DNA of 64,000 nucleotides from Sedimentisphaerales bacterium. Lineage in GTDB: Bacteria; Planctomycetota; Phycisphaerae; Sedimentisphaerales; SM23-30. The stretch is taken from assembly GCA_963663805.2 (NCBI GenBank), contig CAXXMR010000012.1, positions 416,001-480,000 of the forward strand, in the 5' to 3' direction. Position 1 is the first letter of the stretch. Every line of letters starts with the position of its first letter. The position numbers were made by a program, and so were the translations under genes. Below the pieces are notes generated by a model, which did not search any database, was not told the origin of the DNA, and saw only the letters and a list, made by a program, of their open reading frames with translations. This document shows positions 19,536 to 26,987 of this stretch, piece after piece.

Positions 19536-21443
19536 TTGGAAGGATCTGAAATGGATAAATTGACTCACAAAGATATCTGGGATGTGATGTTCGCCTTGGA
19601 CAAAAAGTATTTTCCGCTTAGTCGCAATTATCTTCAGCAGCCGAGAGGGTCAGGCAATTTCATCAACTCCCAAGTTCAAATGGAACCCAACAAACAGTAT
19701 TTAGACTTTGCCAAAACATTAAATCCTGTTGACCTTTATGCGTTAGATTTTGAGTTGAATCTTGCGATTCGCAGGATAGCAGATGTTGTCAAAATGTGTT
19801 CAGGTGATGACATATATGATGATGACTTTCTTAATAGAGTCCCTGAGATAGACAATAGGCTTATCAAGTTATTCTATCGATATAACGATAATTGTGAAAT
19901 CGATTTAGAATTCAAGAATATTCTTATACATATTTTTAATGAAATTGAGCATTACAATGAGTGTGTGCTGGATGAAATACATAAAGATGAATATGATCCA
20001 ATAAAAAAACTCGAAATAAGTCCTGAAATGCGAAAACTGGCCAGATTACAATTTGCACTTGAATATTATATTGAACAATCAGATATAGACTGGTGTATTA
20101 AAGCAGAGGCATTCTTACGCTCTCAATTCTATAATGATTTCAAGCTCAGTGACAATGAAACATTGATCCATATAAGCCATAAGGACTTCCTTGAGTTGGC
20201 AGCATTTGAGGGGGGCACTAATTCATCTTCGTCATATGCGGATATAAAAAACAGAGCTCTCAATGAAGGATACTTGCGTTGGGAGCAATATCGGCAGAGG
20301 TGGGATTTAATTTCATTGAATTTCAGTAACCCATTTGAAGGAGAACCTGATGATTTGAGTGCGTTGAGATTTGCTGATATTTCTAATATCCGCTTTTTAC
20401 ATAAACTGCTCTATAAGTCTGAATACCATAACCTTTCTTCTTCGCCGAACATTAAAGAATTCTGTTTATTACTGAATAATTTTCGCACAGACCTGTCAGC
20501 TATTAAGGTAAATATACCTTCAATCTATGAGCATCTTAAGCACAGCCTGTCTTTAGAAGAAAACACCTGCCCTTACGAAGATATTACCTCTTCAAACTAT
20601 GTACTGTCTGCAAAAGCAAGGATGTTCTGTATTATGTTTTTCTTCCTCATCGGCAGACTTTCTGATTCACCTCACGATAAGAAGCAATATAATGTATATA
20701 GTCACTTACTACTTACAGACCCTTCTCTTGAGGTTGATGATGATACATTCATAAAAGTAGTTGATACTCATAATAATGATAATATTAGGAATACGCCCTG
20801 GATATCTTTGGTATGTTTTAATACTTTGGCAATACAGGTTGCACAACCCAAGAAATATGTGAAAGATATTGAAACATTTTTTGGAATCATCAGAAATGAA
20901 CAAAGCGATTATGGATATTGGTATGATGGTTCTGTCAATCCTGAGTTTATGACAGTTCTTGCATTGGAAGCTCTCGACATTGGAAGGGGAAAATTAACAT
21001 TTTCACCCAACAAGTTTAAATTGTCCGAGTGTCGATCAGTCATTAATCGGCCACACATTGAGAGTGAAGAAGAGAATGAAGCAGAACCGTGGGTGGAATA
21101 CGACATTATATCACGAGTGTTGACTGTCGGCGATCAAAAGATTATTCTAACTACAACAATACTTGAGCTAATGGTAAAACTGATTAATGCAAGATACTTA
21201 ACTGGTCATCCTCCAGAAAGTACAAAGTCTTACAAATATGCTGTTGATTTTCTAAGGAAAAAGCTTAAATACAAAGATGCATTGAAATACATTATCAAGT
21301 CAAGATATGCATTTTCACATTCATGTGGTAAGAAGAAAAAAGTCTGTGTATATGAATTAGCCCCCAATGTCATTATTAATAAAAGGACATCGGTAAAAAC
21401 AAGTTCTGCCGACATGGACAAGCTTCCGGCAAGGAAAACTTAG
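19536..21443 (+). CDS. Large hypothetical protein with C-terminal OmpR/PhoB-like winged-helix domain
   Basis: C-terminal RVLTVGDQKIILTTTILELMVKL...AVDFLRKKL resembles trans_reg_C; N-terminal ~500 aa unrecognised; start may be ATG 19551. Confidence 0.55.
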   Translation: MEGSEMDKLTHKDIWDVMFALDKKYFPLSRNYLQQPRGSGNFINSQVQMEPNKQYLDFAKTLNPVDLYALDFELNLAIRRIADVVKMCSGDDIYDDDFLNRVPEIDNRLIKLFYRYNDNCEIDLEFKNILIHIFNEIEHYNECVLDEIHKDEYDPIKKLEISPEMRKLARLQFALEYYIEQSDIDWCIKAEAFLRSQFYNDFKLSDNETLIHISHKDFLELAAFEGGTNSSSSYADIKNRALNEGYLRWEQYRQRWDLISLNFSNPFEGEPDDLSALRFADISNIRFLHKLLYKSEYHNLSSSPNIKEFCLLLNNFRTDLSAIKVNIPSIYEHLKHSLSLEENTCPYEDITSSNYVLSAKARMFCIMFFFLIGRLSDSPHDKKQYNVYSHLLLTDPSLEVDDDTFIKVVDTHNNDNIRNTPWISLVCFNTLAIQVAQPKKYVKDIETFFGIIRNEQSDYGYWYDGSVNPEFMTVLALEALDIGRGKLTFSPNKFKLSECRSVINRPHIESEEENEAEPWVEYDIISRVLTVGDQKIILTTTILELMVKLINARYLTGHPPESTKSYKYAVDFLRKKLKYKDALKYIIKSRYAFSHSCGKKKKVCVYELAPNVIINKRTSVKTSSADMDKLPARKT

Positions 21444-21480
21444 CACACATTATCACTTGAATTTCCCTTCTTTTCGCCCG

Positions 21481-21508
21481 AGCGGAGCCAAAGCGGAATC
21501 GTAGCGGA
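21481..21508 (+). promoter_or_regulatory. Three AGCGGA direct repeats at 11-bp period (putative operator)
   Basis: AGCGGA at 21481, 21492 and 21503; AAGCGGAATC recurs near 21618. Confidence 0.45.
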
Positions 21509-21695
21509 CGACACCAAAGTTATAGCCATTATACAGCTAAAGCCTTATTGAAACAGAGGTTGCGGTTGTTTTTCGCCCTTATTCCCCCCCATATTACAGC
21601 TTTTCCGCGTTCGTTGGAAGCGGAATCTTCCTTAATACGACGGACCTAAACGTTAGGCCAAAAATGTAAATTTTAATCGTAGAAAGGAAGTAAAA

Positions 21696-23084
21696 ATGCA
21701 AAATGTGGCAGTAAAAATCAATCAGATGCACAGCGGTATGGTAAAAAATACCATCGAAACCGCCCGTAAAATCGGCAAGCTCTTATATGATCAAAAAAAG
21801 GCTTGCGGTCATGGCCAGTGGGAAAAGTGGATTGAAAACAATCTCGATTTCAGCAAATCAACAGTAAAAAGATATATGGATGTTTATGAGAAATATCAAA
21901 ATGACAAAAACGTCAAGTTGAAGGATTTGAATCTTAGTGAATTATATAAGGATGTGGCCAATAAGAAAAAAGCGAAACGCACCAATGAGGATCATCGCAG
22001 CAATGACAAAGCCAGAGCAGTAATTAGAGAACTCTTCGCTAATAGGCAGCATGACTATAATAATCCCCCTAAAGGTAAAGTTTTAAATCAGATCATTAAC
22101 GGTGATACTCTTGATATTATGCGTAAGATGAAATCTAATAGTGTTCATCTCATTTGTACCAGTATTCCGTATAATAACAATCTATACTATGGGCCACACT
22201 TTAACGACAACAGGCCTTATCAAGAGTATCTTGATTGGTTGGGTGAATTTGTTACTCTTTGCTATCGAGTATTAGTAAAGGGAGGAAAACTTATAATCAA
22301 TTGCGATAACATGACAAACAAGGATAGAGATAAAAATGGTGAATTTACTTATCGTCATGCCTTAGATTGCGATCTGCGTTATAAGGTTCGAGAGCTTAAG
22401 TTGGGGCTATTAGAATATCAAGATATTATTTGGTATAAGTATAATAATGGTGGAGCTAAAATTAAATGTTGGGGTTCATACGCTTCTCCTTCTCAGCCAA
22501 ATTTTCTTAACTGTAAAGAGCACTTTATAATTTGGGCAAAAGATACATATAAATTAGAGCAGCCAAAAGGAGTTGAAGCTGATATTACAAAAGACGAATT
22601 TGAAGAATGGACTTATAATGTATGGTCCATTCATCCTAACACAAACATTAATTGCCCTCATCCTTGCACTTGGCCAGAACGTCTAACTGAACGTTTTATT
22701 AAACTTTTCAGTTTTCCAAATCAAGTCGTAATGGACCCATTTTGTGGGAGTGGAACAACTAGTTACTCAGCCAAACAGTTGGATAGGCAGTTTATTGGAA
22801 TTGACCAGAATTCAAACTACAGCCAGTGGGCAAAGGATAGAATTGATGGTAAAGATATGACTATGGTTCTTGCTGAATTTCTGTTGAGCGTAAAATCAGA
22901 ATTGGAAAATAAGTTATCGCCTGAATTAGTTGCTAACAAATACGGTCGGTATTTTAGAATGGCAACCCCCGAAGGGGAAAGGTGTAAAGCAAGAGTATCT
23001 AAATCTGAAACATTGAAGAGGGCACAAACCATAAAGAATACAAATACCCTCTCTAAAAAGAAGCAGAGAAAGGAGGTAGCTTAA
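21696..23084 (+). CDS. DUF3102-domain fused N4/N6 (beta-class) DNA methyltransferase
   Basis: N-terminal IGKLL...GHGQWEKWIENNLDFSKSTVKRYM (DUF3102-like); catalytic TSIPY precedes SAM-binding DPFCGSGTT; HPCTWP. Confidence 0.85.
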   Translation: MQNVAVKINQMHSGMVKNTIETARKIGKLLYDQKKACGHGQWEKWIENNLDFSKSTVKRYMDVYEKYQNDKNVKLKDLNLSELYKDVANKKKAKRTNEDHRSNDKARAVIRELFANRQHDYNNPPKGKVLNQIINGDTLDIMRKMKSNSVHLICTSIPYNNNLYYGPHFNDNRPYQEYLDWLGEFVTLCYRVLVKGGKLIINCDNMTNKDRDKNGEFTYRHALDCDLRYKVRELKLGLLEYQDIIWYKYNNGGAKIKCWGSYASPSQPNFLNCKEHFIIWAKDTYKLEQPKGVEADITKDEFEEWTYNVWSIHPNTNINCPHPCTWPERLTERFIKLFSFPNQVVMDPFCGSGTTSYSAKQLDRQFIGIDQNSNYSQWAKDRIDGKDMTMVLAEFLLSVKSELENKLSPELVANKYGRYFRMATPEGERCKARVSKSETLKRAQTIKNTNTLSKKKQRKEVA

Positions 23085-23211
23085 AAGTCAGAGTTTTGTT
23101 GTTGCTTGATGTAGATGTCGGCCAATGTGCCACGTCTGCATTACTAGAAAGTAGAATCTAAAGCGTTTAAAGAATAATTTGAAGACAATATTTCAATAAG
23201 GAGACTTTAAA

Positions 23212-23637
23212 ATGTCAAAGGCAAAAAAAAGAATTAGTGGAAGAAATCGGAGAAATTCAACTCAGAAGCAAGATTTCGGATTTGTCGACTTTCCTGCTGG
23301 TGGTGCATTGTTTTATAAAAGCGATAAAGGTAACTGTTTACATGTTTTTGACAACATTGGTTTTATGGCAATCGATATGTCCGGAAAGAGTTTTGAAATT
23401 GAGGGCTTGGTTTTTGATACAGAAAGAGGCTGGTATGATGCAAATGCAGATATTCCAAAATACTACGGCAAGAGCGTATATAGTGCATGTATGGATTATG
23501 CTGTAGATAGAGCAATAAGTGATAATTGGTATTTACAGCTTGCTATATTTGGTAAAAAAAGACCTGCTGAAAGTGCTATGTTGATTAGTTATGACGATCT
23601 CGTGAGTCGTTTAGAGAGTGAATGCTGTTCCGCATAG
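23212..23637 (+). CDS. Hypothetical protein
   Basis: AAGGAG RBS; 141 aa; followed by a terminator-like hairpin. Confidence 0.7.
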   Translation: MSKAKKRISGRNRRNSTQKQDFGFVDFPAGGALFYKSDKGNCLHVFDNIGFMAIDMSGKSFEIEGLVFDTERGWYDANADIPKYYGKSVYSACMDYAVDRAISDNWYLQLAIFGKKRPAESAMLISYDDLVSRLESECCSA

Positions 23638-23692
23638 TATTAATTATAACTAACATATACTCACAGCAAACGTTTCGTAGTGTTTTATATTT

Positions 23693-23730
23693 AGTCAGAG
23701 CATTGGCGATATTTCCGATGCTCTGACTTT
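23693..23730 (+). terminator. Hairpin / probable intrinsic terminator
   Basis: AGTCAGAGCATTGG / CCGATGCTCTGACT 14-bp stem (one G-U) with a short T tail. Confidence 0.55.
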
Positions 23731-23784
23731 GATGAGAAGTGCTTTAAACTTTTTTCATAAAAACTTTATCTTCTATTTTTTTTG

Positions 23785-23813
23785 TTGGAAAGTGATTAAT
23801 TTTCTGATAGAAT
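23785..23813 (+). promoter_or_regulatory. sigma70-like promoter P1 upstream of a solitary CRISPR-like repeat
   Basis: TTGGAA, 17-bp spacer, TAGAAT. Confidence 0.55.
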
Positions 23814-23843
23814 ACTCGAAGTCAGGGGTAAACAACTTCTGAC

Positions 23844-23874
23844 ATTCTCAACTGATAGTTGAGTGGGTTGAAAT
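23844..23874 (+). CRISPR. Solitary type I-C-like repeat unit
   Basis: ATT-CTCAACT-GAT-AGTTGAG-TGGGTTGAAAT: hairpin plus 11-nt tail matching the I-C TGG(A/G)TTGAAA(C/T) handle. Confidence 0.6.
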
Positions 23875-24035
23875 ATTATAATTATCCAGATGAATTTACA
23901 GTATAATATTTTAGTGCTGTTGAACGATGCTCTCTGAAAAGTGAATAATATAAAATAGTCATTAATATTTTATATCTTATTTTTGGATACGAGTTCTAAG
24001 AAAATGTCAAATCATACATTGGACTCATTTTTTCC

Positions 24036-24064
24036 TTGAAAAGTGAAATACATTTTAGTATAGT
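24036..24064 (+). promoter_or_regulatory. sigma70-like promoter P2 for the structured non-coding RNA
   Basis: TTGAAA (24036-24041), 17-bp spacer, TATAGT (24059-24064). Confidence 0.7.
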
Positions 24065-24258
24065 AATGTAAGAATAAAAGTTAATATGAGTTTGTTGAGT
24101 TGAGTGTTTGCAGTGTGTTCCATCCTGAAGTAAATTATCATGGTAATCATCAATTATTGATGGGATACAGATAGTTTTCTTGATACACCTTCAGTGTGGG
24201 ATACACTGCGAACACTCAAGAAGTTCCTGTAGAATTTGCTATGTATATAGCAAAGATC

Positions 24259-24346
24259 AGTTTCCCCACGCAAGTGGGGGTGTTCCTATATTAGGATGTG
24301 CCAGGGTTTTAGCAAAACAGTGTCCCCACGTTAGTGGGGTGTTAGA
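24259..24346 (+). CRISPR. Orphan type I-E-like mini-array (repeat, 31-nt spacer, degenerate repeat)
   Basis: AGTTTCCCCACGCAAGTGGGGGTGTTCCT (24259-24287) and AGTGTCCCCACGTTAGTGGGGTGTTAGA (24319-24346); 60-bp period. Confidence 0.7.
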
Positions 24347-24516
24347 TTAACATCTATTATAGATGTTTGGGTTGAAACGAATGTGTTTGTATTGCTTGAG
24401 TTAAATACTTAAGTATCTTAGCCATTAAGGTTAAGTGGATTACAGTGATAGTAGTATTACTATGTTTAAACTTAATGTTTAGGCATCTCAGTCTTTGAGA
24501 TTGAGTGGATTACAAT
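24347..24516 (+). CRISPR. Orphan degenerate type I-C-like mini-array (three 32-nt units, spacers 36 and 38 nt)
   Basis: TTA-ACATCT-ATTAT-AGATGT-TTGGGTTGAAAC (24347-24378); ATC-TTAGCC-ATTAA-GGTTAA-GTGGATTACAGT (24415-24446); ATC-TCAGTC-TTTGA-GATTGA-GTGGATTACAAT (24485-24516). Confidence 0.6.
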
Positions 24517-24554
24517 GCTGTAGTGATTGTTGAGTTTGCTAAACTTGGCAGAAG

Positions 24555-24586
24555 AAGCCATCAGATTAATTTCTGGTGGCTTTTTT
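24555..24586 (+). terminator. Intrinsic terminator closing the ncRNA
   Basis: AAGCCATCAGA / TCTGGTGGCTT stem followed by a T run. Confidence 0.8.
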
Positions 24587-24742
24587 GTTTTATATTCCTT
24601 GAGCAAAATATTTTAAAATTATCCTCAAAAGGGGCTGATTAGTGAAAAACAAATAATTAAAATATAAGCATGATCAGGAGTAATTGGGTTATTGCTGACA
24701 CAAAAATAATAAAAAGTTCTCATTTTAAAGGAGATTGAGATA

Positions 24743-25099
24743 ATGAATGAGTTTAAATGTGAAGAATGTGGCTCAATTAAACTGGGCTATAAAAAGTATG
24801 TAAAATGCACTATGCCAGTTGAGATTGCTAATGGGCAAATCACCTATGGGCTATCAACAGTTGATGAAGATAATTATTTGGCCACATGTAATGGATTTTG
24901 CTGTATGGACTGTCAAAGTTTGATCGAATACTGTGGCTGTAACCTTGAAACAGAGGAAGAGCTTAGGGGATATTATAACCTGGATCCAAAATTAAAACAA
25001 CAGCAGCAAGATGAATATGATGATATTATTAAGGCTAAAATTGAGGCTCAGGAAGAACTGGGTCGAGATAAGTTATTATATGAAGAAGAATCCGTTTAA
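24743..25099 (+). CDS. Small acidic protein with two CxxC motifs (putative zinc ribbon)
   Basis: AAGGAG RBS; CEEC and CMDC motifs; E/D-rich C-terminus. Confidence 0.7.
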   Translation: MNEFKCEECGSIKLGYKKYVKCTMPVEIANGQITYGLSTVDEDNYLATCNGFCCMDCQSLIEYCGCNLETEEELRGYYNLDPKLKQQQQDEYDDIIKAKIEAQEELGRDKLLYEEESV

Positions 25100-25261
25100 A
25101 TATTTCCCGGCAAAAAAGGAATTTTCTTATTTTTATCGAATATATATATGAACAGAGTGTAGGCTGAGTTGTAATGTTGGCAGCAAGAAAACCAAGACGA
25201 AATTTTAAGAAAGAATATATGATGAATTAATCAGAAGTAACAATCTGGTTTTCTTGCTTTT

Positions 25262-25293
25262 ACCCTGTGTGGCTACACCTGCACAGGGTTTTT
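25262..25293 (+). terminator. Probable intrinsic terminator
   Basis: ACCCTGTG / CACAGGGT stem followed by a T run. Confidence 0.55.
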
Positions 25294-25835
25294 ATTTTGG
25301 TAAATATAATGGTTTTAATCAAAATTAATACATTAGTTGAATACACTAATCCTGAGCAAAGTAAAGTTTTTTTGCGGATTTTAACTGAATTATATTATGA
25401 TGCTTTTCCTTTCTTTAACAAAGAAGAGATATCAGCTGATATAATCAATATCCAACATCCTGCGGATGTAGGATATTTCGCGGTGACCAGCAGAGCTGTC
25501 CCCCGCGATTTATTCTACTTCGGATTTATTTCAGGAATATTATTATTTCAACATTTTCATTTATACATACGAGCAAAGCGAGTTCTTCTACAAAATATAA
25601 TAACCTGATAATTATTGAAATACTATCAGCAACAATGACTATTGTTGTTGATTTCAGCGAGTATCCTTTAGGATATGAGCTGATCAACTTAATTTATCTA
25701 TTTTTATTAAAGCTTATATTATTACCCATTAGTCTTTTTTTAGGCAACACGTCGCAAAAAAAGCAAAAAAAATATAATTTTTATGAAAAAACTGAATTTT
25801 ATTGAAAAAGTGGCATTTTAAGACAGGAAAAATGA

Positions 25836-26564
25836 ATGGATTACGATAAATCGAAACAAACGGCATTTATCCAAAGGGATATTTTCAGATCAACATATTC
25901 CTATTTCAGGCAATGTGACCGCATATTTACGGACTATATCTATGGGGATCCGTATTATCAAACTTTATGCGACTTGATATACTCATTTCTGGGCAGATGG
26001 CAGATAGACTACTCAATCGACTGCCAATGTCTTGGACTGATAGATGTTGTCCAGTTGGTATCAGACTTGTACGCAGTATTTATCAAAGCAGACGTAAAAG
26101 TTAAAGAGCATAAAGCTATGCTCAGTGAGCGATATAGAAAGAATTATATACACAAGGCTTTGAGGAATGCAACATGGAAGCTGCTGCATAAGCAGTTACA
26201 GAGATATATCATAATAAAAGATCAACAGTCTGATATTGAAAAGGTGTTGAATGACAATCTCAGGAGTTTTAGATATGTCAGTTTTGATGTCTACGAAGAG
26301 GATAACTTTGTCGATCAAATCTCATATGAAAGATGGGTGGCAGAATCTGAGATAGTTCGAGATCGTGAGAGAAAGACAGATGTTATCAAAGAAATGAGTT
26401 CTATTCTTAGTGCTTCAGAAGCACAAATCATAGATTTAACTTTAGAAGGATGGCATTTTTCCGATATGGCTGAAACCTTAAAATTGGAAGTAGAACAGGT
26501 CAGAAAAATATTCCATCGAGCAAAAAATAAATTAACAAATCACTATCAAATAACGAGGAGGTGA
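25836..26564 (+). CDS. sigma70 region-4-like HTH protein (ECF-sigma-like)
   Basis: C-terminal LSASEAQIIDLTLEGWHFSDMAETLKLEVEQVRKIFHRAKNKL. Confidence 0.7.
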   Translation: MDYDKSKQTAFIQRDIFRSTYSYFRQCDRIFTDYIYGDPYYQTLCDLIYSFLGRWQIDYSIDCQCLGLIDVVQLVSDLYAVFIKADVKVKEHKAMLSERYRKNYIHKALRNATWKLLHKQLQRYIIIKDQQSDIEKVLNDNLRSFRYVSFDVYEEDNFVDQISYERWVAESEIVRDRERKTDVIKEMSSILSASEAQIIDLTLEGWHFSDMAETLKLEVEQVRKIFHRAKNKLTNHYQITRR

Positions 26565-26568
26565 TACT

Positions 26569-26733
26569 ATGGCGAAACGTCAAAATCACAAACAGGCAAG
26601 AATCGGAAAAGAAATGCAGGCAACGTTGGATTTAATAGCCTTAATTCTTGATCCAGCAGAAAATGAAAAACTGCAAAAGCATTATGACATGCTGCTGAAT
26701 GAATGGACAAAAGCGGGCAGAGAACGCAGGTGA
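26569..26733 (+). CDS. Small hypothetical protein (54 aa, below the ORF-track cutoff)
   Basis: Strong GAGGAGGTGA RBS; MAKRQNHKQARIGKEMQATLDLIALILDPAENEKLQKHYDMLLNEWTKAGRERR. Confidence 0.65.
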   Translation: MAKRQNHKQARIGKEMQATLDLIALILDPAENEKLQKHYDMLLNEWTKAGRERR

Positions 26734-26987
26734 GCCACAATTAGCCCAGGATTGATTTTAATCCCCAAAGGGTTCTATTGGGGAATCAATAAATCCCCAC
26801 AGAATTGATCCTGGGGCATCTGGTGGCAAGGGGATATTTGTTATATTGTAATATAATATTTGATACAGTACCTGTTCAATTTCTGACTAATTTCTATCAA
26901 TTTTCTGCTCAAAACTTTCCACCAGAATAGAAATTTCTTCATTTTATAAGTTTGTAGAGGTGAACTTGTATATTTGGAGAAATATCG

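Larger units (their letters stand above)
24071..24586 (+). ncRNA. Putative ~515-nt structured ncRNA containing I-E-like and I-C-like CRISPR repeat mimics
   Basis: Bounded by promoter and terminator, no ORF in the track, tiled with hairpins whose non-Watson-Crick pairs are G-U on the + strand; ends approximate. Confidence 0.65.

Noticed and set aside
23907..23940. TTTTAGTGCTGTTGAAC... resembling the start of a type II-A repeat (GTTTTAGAGCT...)
   Set aside because: Only about 10 nt of similarity in AT-rich DNA; no second copy or anti-repeat found
24232..24258. Hairpin AATTTGCTAT-GTAT-ATAGCAAAGAT as a Cas12a- or I-F-like repeat mimic
   Set aside because: The hairpin is real, but its stem does not match TCTAC/GTAGA or CTGCC/GGCAG; kept only as part of the structured RNA
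24259..24516. A conventional functional CRISPR-Cas locus
   Set aside because: No cas genes in the 64-kb window, repeats are non-identical and of two different classes
25174..25230. 18-codon ORF MLAARKPRRNFKKEYMMN inside the 13-bp inverted repeat as a leader peptide or type I toxin
   Set aside because: No clear RBS, not hydrophobic, and too short to support without homologues
25267..25608. 113-aa ORF in the hairpin-rich region
   Set aside because: Starts inside a terminator-like hairpin, has no RBS, has low-complexity I/F/L composition and overlaps multiple inverted repeats
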